In this document: positions 11,106 through 19,870 of the stretch, in pieces | How positions within the stretch are numbered: the first letter of the stretch is position 1 | Layout of the letters: the number at the start of each line of letters is the position of its first letter | From: an uncultured Holophagae bacterium | GTDB taxonomy: Bacteria; Acidobacteriota; Thermoanaerobaculia; Thermoanaerobaculales; Sulfomarinibacteraceae | Length of the DNA stretch: 64,000 nucleotides | Direction: 5' to 3' | Assembly: GCA_963801995.1 (NCBI GenBank) | Contig: CAWDGW010000012.1 | Coordinates: forward strand, 78,940-142,939 | The notes under the pieces: generated by a model | Told to the model about the DNA's origin: nothing | The model's input: only the letters and a program-made list of their open reading frames with translations | Database searches by the model: none | Made by a program: the position numbers and the translations under genes

Positions 11106-11329
11106 CAGATGGAGACTCCGGTCTCGGCAACGAAAGCCTCGAGGACGGGCGGATCGGTTTGGAGAACCTCGCCTCCGAATGTGTCGATGTGGAACCGGAT
11201 GGCCGAGCGGACGTCGGCGAGCGCCTCCTCGTAGGTGTCCCCCTCACCGACCACGACGCCCTTGAGTCCGAGGGGGTAGGCGACGTAGCCGTCTGAGTGC
11301 TTCTCTACGATGACCTTGATATTTGTCAT
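11105..11329 (-). CDS. hicB: short HicB family antitoxin
   Basis: GYVAYPLGLKGVVVGEGDTYEEALADVRSAI; no C-terminal DNA-binding domain. Confidence 0.85.
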   Translation of the reverse strand: MTNIKVIVEKHSDGYVAYPLGLKGVVVGEGDTYEEALADVRSAIRFHIDTFGGEVLQTDPPVLEAFVAETGVSI

Positions 11330-11582
11330 AGCGTTCGACCTTCCTTTTCGGCTGGCCTGCCTTCAGGGCTCCCCGGAGTCCCTCTTCCTCGGACCATTGA
11401 GCTGGCCGTGATTCCACAGGGCGGTCTCTGGTTTCTTGGCCGGGGCGCACACGGTCACCACTATAGTCCTTGTGAAATGGGTGAATCAAGGTCGGCTGCC
11501 CACAGCCTCGATCGACGTGGCGCTTCAGGTCCGTGTGTCGGATCGGAAAACGCGACCCGCAGCGCCGCGACTTGAAAATACA

Positions 11583-11601
11583 GCCGCCCGAAAAGGGCGG
11601 C
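11583..11601 (-). terminator. hairpin downstream of tRNA-Asp
   Basis: GCCGCCC-GAAAA-GGGCGGC stem followed on the minus strand by TGTATTTT. Confidence 0.6.
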
Positions 11602-11613
11602 CGTGAGAAGAAG

Positions 11614-11690
11614 TGGCGGGGCCGACGAGACTCGAACTCGCGACCTCCGGCGTGACAGGCCGGCGTTCTGACCAACTGAACTACGACCCC
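11614..11690 (-). tRNA. tRNA-Asp(GTC)
   Basis: 77-nt cloverleaf, CCGGC-CT-GTC-AC-GCCGG anticodon arm, encoded CCA. Confidence 0.97.
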
Positions 11691-11714
11691 GCAGTCGTAT
11701 GGCTCTTGGTTAGA

Positions 11715-11791
11715 TGGTGGGAGGTGGGGGATTCGAACCCACGACCCCCTGCGTGTAAGGCAGGTGCTCTAACCAGCTGAGCTAACCTCCC
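11715..11791 (-). tRNA. tRNA-Val(TAC)
   Basis: 77-nt cloverleaf, CCTGC-CT-TAC-AC-GCAGG, CCA end; one T-stem mismatch. Confidence 0.95.
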
Positions 11792-11815
11792 AGACGGCTG
11801 ACCGTTGGGAGCGTC

Positions 11816-11844
11816 ATGGTAAGGAGCTTTGGGCCGAGTGTCAA
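11816..11844 (-). promoter_or_regulatory. sigma-70 promoter of the tRNA operon
   Basis: TTGACA-17 bp-TACCAT on minus strand just upstream of tRNA-Val. Confidence 0.8.
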
Positions 11845-11912
11845 CCCTCCGAGACGTCAATGCTCCCGAAGATTACGCCCTGGGCGTCGAACCGTTTATG
11901 ATGTTTCTGGAC

Positions 11913-13025
11913 ATGCAGAGTCACGACGCCATCGAACGACTCGGGCGCTGGATCGCCGAGCGATCCAGCGGTGAGGTGTATTTGGTCGCCGGCGGCACCG
12001 AGGTAACGCTTTCAGTCATCAACGGCAAGGTGGTTTCGGTCCGCGGACTCGACACCTCGGCAGTGGCCCGGCGCCTGGAGGTCGAGCCAGCAGACAGGGA
12101 TGATCTCCTGGCGGAAGCGATGGCTCTTACTGAACAGAATGACATCTCACAAGGCCAGGCCGTGGGAGCGGCGAAAGAGGTCCTCCAGGAGGCGATCGCT
12201 GCCTGGTTGGGCGACACCAATCGTCGGGTTGATCTCGTTGAGTCCGATCTTGCCACCGATGACCGGCCTACGATCTCGCTGGCCCACGCCATGGTCGAGG
12301 TGGTGCTGTCCGACCAATCCGGTGCACTCCGCAGGGCGATCCTCCCAGACGCGAACGTGTTGGTACGCCGGGCGGATCGGTTTCTCGAGCTCTACTCTCC
12401 GCTGCGGCTGTCGGAAGAGGCCGACCTGATCGTGGCCAAGGTGACCGGGCAGCGCACGGTGCGTGAGATTTCGGATCGCTCCCCCCACGGCGGCGAGGAG
12501 GTCCACAACTTGCTCGCCGCGTTGATCAGCACCGGTGTCCTCGAAGAGTCTCCACTCGCCGAGGTGGAACTCGAGCCCGCGCCAATTTCGGTTCCGGCAT
12601 CTGAACCCGGATTTCGGCGACGGCAGGTTCCGGTCTGGATCCTGTTGGTGGCTCTCGCGGCCCTGCTGCTCGGAATCATCGGAGTGGTCAAGATCTGGCA
12701 GGGGTCCGATGACTCGGTGGGAATGGCGCCGACGGATGAACCTCAATGGGCCATCGTAATCGACATGGGGTGCGAGCCTCAGGATCTCCAGCGGGTGCTC
12801 AAAAAATACCGAGAAAACCCGAAAACCGTCAAACCGGTTGCGGCGGACGCTGGCGAGAACAGCCCCTGTTGGCGTCTGGTGTGGGGCAGATTCGCCAACA
12901 GCGAGGCCGCAAACCAGGCGATCCCGGACATCCCACGGGACCTGCTCGCGGACGGCTTCACCCCACATGCCATCGAGCTGACGATCGACCCCTCCAGCGA
13001 CACACTTCCGGGTGAGGAGGGATGA
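11913..13025 (+). CDS. hypothetical membrane protein, DUF4388-like N-terminus with SPOR-like C-terminus
   Basis: long ORF, single TM helix, C-terminal CWRLVWGRFANSEAA; start uncertain (11898/11913). Confidence 0.6.
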   Translation: MQSHDAIERLGRWIAERSSGEVYLVAGGTEVTLSVINGKVVSVRGLDTSAVARRLEVEPADRDDLLAEAMALTEQNDISQGQAVGAAKEVLQEAIAAWLGDTNRRVDLVESDLATDDRPTISLAHAMVEVVLSDQSGALRRAILPDANVLVRRADRFLELYSPLRLSEEADLIVAKVTGQRTVREISDRSPHGGEEVHNLLAALISTGVLEESPLAEVELEPAPISVPASEPGFRRRQVPVWILLVALAALLLGIIGVVKIWQGSDDSVGMAPTDEPQWAIVIDMGCEPQDLQRVLKKYRENPKTVKPVAADAGENSPCWRLVWGRFANSEAANQAIPDIPRDLLADGFTPHAIELTIDPSSDTLPGEEG

Positions 13026-13029
13026 CTCG

Positions 13030-14583
13030 ATGAGCGGCGACGAAGCCGCCCGGCTCGACCTCAGCAAGACCCTCCCGGACCATTTGGCCCAGCTGACGGA
13101 GGGCCGGTCCACCGGCACGCTGGCCACGGTGACCGGCTCCGTCCGCCGGGAAATCCTCTGGGTCAAAGGTGAAATAAGGGCTGCTCGTTCCTCTGCCGAG
13201 GATGAAAAGCTCGGCATGTGGCTTGTGGATCGAGGCAAAATCAGCGAGGACGACAGGGCCTTGTCTCTGCTCTCCCAGGGGGGCACCGATGCCCCTCCGC
13301 TGGGTCACCTCCTGGTGACCCGTGGTTGCCTCGAATCCACGACTCTGGAGCAGGAACTTCAGGAGCTCACCCTGGCGATCATCCGCAGATCGGCGGCTGA
13401 ACCAGCGCGTTCATACGAATTCTTCGAGGGAGAGAACCCCGACCAGCCAGACACCCTGCCGAATCTGTTCACGGCCCAGATCATACTGATCGCCGCCCGC
13501 GCCTGCGACGACCACAAGGCCAAGCTCGCCGCCCTCGGGTCCCTGGATAGAACGGTCTTTCGGTCGCGCGAAATCGAGCACCTGCTTCAGGACTTCAACC
13601 TCACCCCGACGGAGGGCTTTCTGATCAGCCGGCTCGAGTCGGCCCGCACCATCTCCAATCTCTTCCAGGTGTCGGCCCTGCCGGACGAGCAGGCGATCGC
13701 CACCCTCTACCCCCTGATGGTGGCCGGCGTGGTTTCGATTCGAGAACCCGAGATACCCGCGAAGTCCGTGTCCGCCCCCACCGAAAAGGCGGACCCAGAC
13801 CAGCCCCGTCCCGTGGACGAATCGTCGCTGGGAGACATCCAGCGTCAGGAGAGACAGAACATCAGACGACTGGCCGAGGAAGCACGCCAGGTAGATCACT
13901 ACGGCGCGCTTGGACTGCGGCCCGGCGCCGATCGCGACGAGGTCAACCGCGCTTTGGAGAGGATCAAGGAGCGCTACTCGCCGGAGATGCGCAAAGACGC
14001 CTACCTTCGCGATCTCCGACTTGAACTGGAAGCGATCTTCGAGCGGGCCAACGAGGCACACCAGGTGCTGTCCAACTGGCGCGACCGCGAGCGGTACGAC
14101 GACATCCTCAAGGAAGTCGAACGGGAGCGTGACAACCTGGCCGACAAGGACGGCCGCGGACCCGCCGACGCCGACGCGCGGAGCGCCATCGTCGCGGCCA
14201 ACGTGAAGCGGGCCGACGAGCTGATCAAGGAGGGTGAGTTCTACCTCGCGATTCAGCTGCTCGAACACGCCTGCAAGCTGGACCCACAGCCTGCCGAGCT
14301 GGTGAAGCTGTCTCAATTGCTGCTTCGCAATCCGTTGTGGACGAATCGGGCCCTGGCATGCATGAGGCGGGCGATCGAGGTGGATCCGTCCTATGTCGAC
14401 GCGTGGCTCGAGCTGGCCCTATTCTGGCGCCGACGCCGAAATCAGGAACGGGAACGCAAAGCACTCGAGAAAGCTCTTGCCGCCGCACCCGACCATCCAC
14501 GGGCCAAGCAGATGTACAAGGAACTCGCTGGCAAACGCGAGCTCGAGCGCCTGTTGCGACGCGCCCAGCAGCAACGCAGCTGA
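13030..14583 (+). CDS. DUF4388 + DnaJ-like + TPR protein
   Basis: TGTL...EKLGMWLV.RG, DHYGALGL...AHQVLSN..RERYD, TPR-like C-terminus; HPD replaced by SPE. Confidence 0.8.
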   Translation: MSGDEAARLDLSKTLPDHLAQLTEGRSTGTLATVTGSVRREILWVKGEIRAARSSAEDEKLGMWLVDRGKISEDDRALSLLSQGGTDAPPLGHLLVTRGCLESTTLEQELQELTLAIIRRSAAEPARSYEFFEGENPDQPDTLPNLFTAQIILIAARACDDHKAKLAALGSLDRTVFRSREIEHLLQDFNLTPTEGFLISRLESARTISNLFQVSALPDEQAIATLYPLMVAGVVSIREPEIPAKSVSAPTEKADPDQPRPVDESSLGDIQRQERQNIRRLAEEARQVDHYGALGLRPGADRDEVNRALERIKERYSPEMRKDAYLRDLRLELEAIFERANEAHQVLSNWRDRERYDDILKEVERERDNLADKDGRGPADADARSAIVAANVKRADELIKEGEFYLAIQLLEHACKLDPQPAELVKLSQLLLRNPLWTNRALACMRRAIEVDPSYVDAWLELALFWRRRRNQERERKALEKALAAAPDHPRAKQMYKELAGKRELERLLRRAQQQRS

Positions 14584-15035
14584 TGCCCCTCCTGCTCGAC
14601 GGCAACAACCTGCTCCACCGCCTTCCCAGATCGTCCCGATCCCGTTCCGAAGTGCGGCGACTCGTCCTGGAAGCGACTCGCCACGAGCGTATGGCGGTGG
14701 TGGTGGTTTTCGACGGCCCCCCACCGACCGGTTCGCCCGCCGAAGAAGCACTTGGCGCGGTCACAGTCTTCTGGTCGGGTGCGGTCAGTGCGGATGACAC
14801 GATCATCAGCAGGATCCCTGCCGGTTCAGGGGCGCGGCAGTGGACGGTGATCACCGACGACCGGGGACTCGCCGATCGTGCGCGACAACTGGGCGCCTCG
14901 GTTCGGCGGCTCAGCGAATGGCGGCAGCGTCGACCGCCAACGCCCAAGCGCCCGCGGACCGAGTCGAAACTCTCTTCCAGAGAGGTACAGGAGTGGGAAG
15001 CCTTTTTTTCCCGGGAACGGGGAGATGGAGATTGA
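14583..15035 (+). CDS. NYN/YacP-like PIN domain protein
   Basis: LLDGNNLL, VVFDG, SADDTI, VITDDRGL, EVQEWEAFF. Confidence 0.85.
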   Translation: MPLLLDGNNLLHRLPRSSRSRSEVRRLVLEATRHERMAVVVVFDGPPPTGSPAEEALGAVTVFWSGAVSADDTIISRIPAGSGARQWTVITDDRGLADRARQLGASVRRLSEWRQRRPPTPKRPRTESKLSSREVQEWEAFFSRERGDGD

Positions 15036-15039
15036 AAAA

Positions 15040-15308
15040 AATTCGGAATTCGGAATTCGGAATTCGGAAAACCTATCTCGACCGTTGAGCTGTGCAGGCG
15101 AGACGCCCGCACCACAATTGAGCCCGGCCAACTCGGCGTGGTGATCCCCTTGTCTGCACCCTCCACACCCTCCACGCTTTCCACACCTTCCACCCCGGGC
15201 GGGCTGGACCTTTAAACCTTTAACCTTTAAATCTCTTTAACCTTTAAAGTCTGACCGAAACGCACCACAACCCTTGCCCCGGAACTTTCAACTTTCAACT
15301 TTCAACTG
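15040..15308. repeat. stacked short tandem repeats and REP-like half site
   Basis: (AATTCGG)4, TGCAGGCGAGACGCCCGCACCACAA, (CACCCTCCA)n, (CCTTTAAA)n, (AACTTTC)3. Confidence 0.9.
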
Positions 15309-15325
15309 GGTGGATGGGTGGGCGG

Positions 15326-15910
15326 TCACTTCACCGGCCGCGAGCCGGGCTTGACGATCGGCCGGTCCCGCTGACACAGGGGACACTGCTCACGCGGCCA
15401 GGTCGGGAAGTCAGTCGTGATCAGGGCTACATAGGGCAACGGGTCGAAGGGATTCGCCGATCCGGACCGGTTGACCAGCGAGGCGACACCCACCACGTAG
15501 GCTCCACGCGCGGTCATCAGCTTGATCACCTCTTTGGTCGAGCCGCCGGTTGTGATCACGTCCTCGACCACTACGACTCCCTGATTGGGGGCAATTCCGA
15601 ACCCCCTGCGAAGCGCCATCTTCCCGTCCACCCGCTCGGTGAAAATGAAGGGCACCCTGAAGGCGCGCGCGGTTTCGTGGCCGATGATCAGCCCACCCAG
15701 CGCCGGTGCCACGATCAAGCTGGGTTTGACCATGTCTGACATGATGGCCTTGGCCAGGTCCTGGCCTACCCTTTCTGCTCGCACCGGATTGGCGAGGAAA
15801 AGGGCGCACTGCAGGTAGTCGGAGGAGTGCAGCCCCGAGGACAGCCTGAAGTGTCCCTTCTGATGCGAGCCGTGGGCGGCAAGGTCTGCGAGCGTAACGC
15901 GGCTGATCAT
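15326..15910 (-). CDS. pyrE: orotate phosphoribosyltransferase
   Basis: GHFRLSSGLHS..YLQCA, VVVEDVITTGGS, KPGSR. Confidence 0.95.
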   Translation of the reverse strand: MISRVTLADLAAHGSHQKGHFRLSSGLHSSDYLQCALFLANPVRAERVGQDLAKAIMSDMVKPSLIVAPALGGLIIGHETARAFRVPFIFTERVDGKMALRRGFGIAPNQGVVVVEDVITTGGSTKEVIKLMTARGAYVVGVASLVNRSGSANPFDPLPYVALITTDFPTWPREQCPLCQRDRPIVKPGSRPVK

Positions 15911-17259
15911 GAGTCCTCCCGTGCGATGCCGTAGGCCTGGAGCTTCTTGTAGAGGTTGGATCGCGGAGTTCCGATGGCGCGAGCGGTGGCCGCGATATTC
16001 CATCCGTTGCGCTCGAGCTGATGACGCAGGTAATGGATCTCCGACGCCCGCTGGAATTCGGCGAGAGATGGAGCTTCGAGAAGGCCGTCGATCCCCGACG
16101 CGGCAGTTGGCGACGCCGCCACGACGACCCTTTCAATCGAATCGTCGAGCACCATGATCACGGCCCTCTCGACGACGTTTTTGAGCTCGCGCACATTGCC
16201 GGGCCAGGGGTGCCGGGCCATCTGGTCGATCGCGGCCCGACTCCAGCTCTTGGGCCGCCGGTTGTATTCCTGACAGAATTGACCTGTGAAGTGCTCGACC
16301 AGGAGGGGAATGTCCTCCGGATGCTCGCGCAACGAAGGAGTCAGCAGCACAACAACCGCGATCCGGTAATAAAGATCCTCTCGAAACCGACCCGACTCAA
16401 CCTCTGCCACAAGGTCTTTGTTGGTGGCCGCTATGACCCTCACGTCCACCTTGAATGGCCGACCAGCACCCACCGGCTCCACCTCGCCATCCTGGAGAAC
16501 CCTCAACACCTTCGCCTGAGTTTTGAGGCTCATGTCGCCCACTTCGTCGAGGAAGATCGTGCCGCCGTCGGCCTGCACGAATTTCCCCAGCTGGCGCCGG
16601 TGAGCGCCGGTGAAAGAGCCCTTCTCGTGCCCAAAGAGCTCCGACTCGATCAACTCTTCGGGAATGGCCGCACAGTTGACCCTCACGAAGGGACGAAGCG
16701 CCCGCTCCGAAAGGCGGTGCAGACGGCGGGCCACCAGCTCCTTCCCCGTTCCCGACTCGCCCTGCACGAGGACAGTGGCCGGCGACGGGGCTACGCGCGC
16801 GATCTGCTCCTTGAGTCGAGCAATGGACGCACCGTTGCCGAGCAACGGGGGTAACTCTTCGGCAGCATCCAGCTCGCGGGCGACCCTACCCTGGGCCACA
16901 GCGCCCCGAACCGCCAACAACAGCTCGGCACGGTTCGGAGGTTTGGTGAGATAGGCCGCGGCACCCGCATCCAAACAGTGCTGAGAGGTGAACTCGTCGC
17001 CGTGGCCGGTGAGAACCACTACCGGGATCTCCAGGCCGCGCTGGCGCAGGTTGTCCATGAGACCAAGGCCGTCCATGCCGGGCATCTTGATGTCCAGCAG
17101 GGCGGCATCCGGCGGCTGAGTGTCCATCACATCGAGGGCCTGGAACGCATCGCCAACCTCATCCACCGCATACCCGGCACCCGAGAGGATCCTGTTGAGG
17201 ACCTTGCGCACGCCTGGATCATCATCGACGATCAGGATTCGCCCACTCATGGCCGCCAT
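15907..17259 (-). CDS. sigma-54-dependent response regulator (NtrX/NtrC-like)
   Basis: receiver domain, GESGTGKE, GSFTGA, WPGNVREL, Fis-type HTH. Confidence 0.95.
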   Translation of the reverse strand: MAAMSGRILIVDDDPGVRKVLNRILSGAGYAVDEVGDAFQALDVMDTQPPDAALLDIKMPGMDGLGLMDNLRQRGLEIPVVVLTGHGDEFTSQHCLDAGAAAYLTKPPNRAELLLAVRGAVAQGRVARELDAAEELPPLLGNGASIARLKEQIARVAPSPATVLVQGESGTGKELVARRLHRLSERALRPFVRVNCAAIPEELIESELFGHEKGSFTGAHRRQLGKFVQADGGTIFLDEVGDMSLKTQAKVLRVLQDGEVEPVGAGRPFKVDVRVIAATNKDLVAEVESGRFREDLYYRIAVVVLLTPSLREHPEDIPLLVEHFTGQFCQEYNRRPKSWSRAAIDQMARHPWPGNVRELKNVVERAVIMVLDDSIERVVVAASPTAASGIDGLLEAPSLAEFQRASEIHYLRHQLERNGWNIAATARAIGTPRSNLYKKLQAYGIAREDS

Positions 17260-17296
17260 GGTAACACCCGGCAGTACCCTGGAAGTTAAATGGCAG

Positions 17297-17442
17297 TAGC
17301 TGCGCAATTCACTCCGCGGACTCCGTGAATTGCGTTGAATAGAATTTTCTTCAGTTCTCAATACTCGCGTCTCAGATCTCACTCCTCGATTGAATCGGAG
17401 AATCGCGGTGGTTGCCGTGAGATATGAGACGCAAGTATTGAG
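17297..17442. repeat. dispersed double-hairpin repeat, copy 1
   Basis: 42 bp identical to 31450-31491, then a CTCAATAC...GTATTGAG hairpin. Confidence 0.9.
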
Positions 17443-17496
17443 CGATTACTGCAACGATGTGAACATCGTCAGCGCTACTGCCTGCTCCCTTGTCCC

Positions 17497-19071
17497 TCAA
17501 ACGTCGAATTCGACTCCTTGTGCCAAAGGAAGTTCCCTGCTCCAGTTAATGGTGCAGGTCTGGCGCCGCATGTAGGCCTTCCAGGCATCCGACCCGGCCT
17601 CGCGTCCACCACCGGTCTCCTTCTCGCCCCCAAAGGCACCACCAATCTCGGCGCCGGAGGTGCCGATATTGACGTTGGCGATTCCGCAGTCGGATCCGGC
17701 GTGGGACAGGAAGCGCTCGGCGGAGTACAGACTGGAAGTGAAGATGGCCGACGACAGCCCCTGGGCCACCGCGTTGTGGGTGGCAATCACGCCTTCCAGA
17801 TCGTCATACTCCATCACGTACAGAATGGGCGCAAAGGTCTCCTCGCAGGCAATGGGAATCTGGCGCTGGAGCCTGGCAATTGTGGGTTCCACGTAGTAAC
17901 CATCACCTTCGACGGCCCCGCCGCCGAAGACAACTTCACCACCCTGCTCACGGATGGTGCCGATGGCCGCGAAGTGGTCCTTCACCGCTCGCTCGTTGAC
18001 CAGCGGCCCCATCAACACAGCGTCGTCCAGGGGATCACCAATGGTGATGCTCCCGTAGGCCTTGGCGAGTTTTCCGACGAATTCGTCGGCCACGCTGGAG
18101 TGGAGGAACAGACGGCGCAGACTCGTACAGCGCTGTCCGGCTGTGCCGACCGCTGCGAACAGCACGGCCCGCAGGGCGAGGTCCATATCGGCGTCGGGTT
18201 CAACCACGATGGCGTTATTGCCCCCAAGTTCGAGGATGCTTCGCCCGAACCGCTTGGCCGTGGCCTCTGCCACATGGCGGCCCATTCCGGTCGATCCGGT
18301 GAACGAAACCAACGGGATTCGGGGGTCGTTGATTATCTTTTCGCCCACGTTGCGCCCGGGCCCAATCACGAGGTTGAAGACGCCGTGCAGGCCGTGCCGG
18401 TCCATCACGCGGTTACAGATGTTCTGCACCGCGACTGCGGTCAACGGCGTGTCCGACGATGGTTTCCACACCATGGTGTCGCCGCAGACCGCGGCCAGGG
18501 CCGCGTTCCAGGCCCATACCGCAACCGGGAAATTGAACGCAGTGATGATTCCCACAACACCCAGCGGGTGCCACTGTTCGTACATTCTATGGAGGGGGCG
18601 CTCGGACATCATGTTGGGACCGTAGAGCTGCCGCGACAGGCCGACGGCGAAGTCGCACATGTCGATCATCTCCTGGACCTCGCCAAGGCCCTCGGATTTG
18701 ATTTTACCCATCTCCAACGACACAAGTTTGCCGAGGGGTTCTTTGTGTTTTCGCAATTCGTTGCCGAGGTCGCGAACGACCTCACCGCGAGCCGGAGCCG
18801 GCATCATCCGCCACTCGGTGAACGCCTGGGAAGCGGTGGCCACGACCTGCTCGTACGCCGCCTCATCGGCCTGCTGCACCGACGCCAACGGTTCACCGTC
18901 GACCGGGCTCACCGAGACCAGCTCGTCGCCCCCTGCCGACTCGATCCAGCGGCCGGTGCAGGCGCCGGGGTTGGTGGGCCGGAGTCCCAACTCGACTCCG
19001 ATGCCGACCTCATTGAGAAAGGCCTCCACGTCTTTCCTGATTTTCTTCAGTCCGCCAACAATGCGATCCAT
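17497..19071 (-). CDS. aldehyde dehydrogenase family 7 (piperideine-6-carboxylate dehydrogenase-like)
   Basis: TAFNFPVAVW, LELGGNN, GQRCT, EETFAP, GAEIGGAFGGEK. Confidence 0.95.
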   Translation of the reverse strand: MDRIVGGLKKIRKDVEAFLNEVGIGVELGLRPTNPGACTGRWIESAGGDELVSVSPVDGEPLASVQQADEAAYEQVVATASQAFTEWRMMPAPARGEVVRDLGNELRKHKEPLGKLVSLEMGKIKSEGLGEVQEMIDMCDFAVGLSRQLYGPNMMSERPLHRMYEQWHPLGVVGIITAFNFPVAVWAWNAALAAVCGDTMVWKPSSDTPLTAVAVQNICNRVMDRHGLHGVFNLVIGPGRNVGEKIINDPRIPLVSFTGSTGMGRHVAEATAKRFGRSILELGGNNAIVVEPDADMDLALRAVLFAAVGTAGQRCTSLRRLFLHSSVADEFVGKLAKAYGSITIGDPLDDAVLMGPLVNERAVKDHFAAIGTIREQGGEVVFGGGAVEGDGYYVEPTIARLQRQIPIACEETFAPILYVMEYDDLEGVIATHNAVAQGLSSAIFTSSLYSAERFLSHAGSDCGIANVNIGTSGAEIGGAFGGEKETGGGREAGSDAWKAYMRRQTCTINWSRELPLAQGVEFDV

Positions 19072-19291
19072 CTGCGTTCCCTCCAGAAGTAACTTCCTGT
19101 GGAACGGGAGTGTAACGCGGGGCAACGGACCTGCCAAGCACAACCTTCCTTGATCGGGATGCTTGTAAAAAGGGTGCAGAAGACCCTCGCCCACCCAACT
19201 CGAAATGCGAAATGCGGAAACCGTTCTCGAGGGCCGCAGCGCGTTTTGAAGTCGTTTTTCGAATTTCGAATTTCGAATTCTCCGTAACTGC

Positions 19292-19780
19292 CTACCGCAT
19301 GACCCGTTCGACCGCATCCGGATCCTGGCTCAAAACTCGCTCGGCGAGCTGGGCCACGGTCTCTCCCACCAGCGGGTGAACCCACTCGCCCGCCACGTCG
19401 GCCGCCGGGACAAGCGCAAAGGCTCGTTCATGAAAGCGCGGATGGGGAAGCACCAGCTGGGGGCTCTTGAGAACGGCACTTCGAACCAACAGCAGATCCA
19501 CGTCGAGTGGCCGTGGACCCCAACGCTGTTCCGTCCCCCGGTCTCGTCCAGCGGCGACCTCCACCTCCTGGGAGGCCCGCAGCAGTTCCCAAATTCCGCA
19601 GCCGCAATCAAGCACCAGCGCGGCATTCAGATAATCCGGCTGAGGTGGGCCTACGGGCCGAGATTGGTAGAGACCCGAGACTGCGGTGACCACACCGAAT
19701 CCCTCCAGGTCGGAAAGCACCCGCGCAAACGCCCCCCGAAGATCACCCACATTGCCGCCGAGGCCGATCAAAACGTCCAC
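19292..19780 (-). CDS. folK: 2-amino-4-hydroxy-6-hydroxymethyldihydropteridine diphosphokinase
   Basis: IGLGGNVG, QPDYLN, RWGPRPLDVDLL, LPHPRFHERAF. Confidence 0.95.
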   Translation of the reverse strand: MDVLIGLGGNVGDLRGAFARVLSDLEGFGVVTAVSGLYQSRPVGPPQPDYLNAALVLDCGCGIWELLRASQEVEVAAGRDRGTEQRWGPRPLDVDLLLVRSAVLKSPQLVLPHPRFHERAFALVPAADVAGEWVHPLVGETVAQLAERVLSQDPDAVERVMR

Positions 19781-19870
19781 GGGTGGATTGTGAGCTTGGT
19801 CACTCCGAAATTCAACAGCTCAGGGAACCACCTCTCGTTAGGGGAACGGAGGGGCGGGTTGACACCATTA

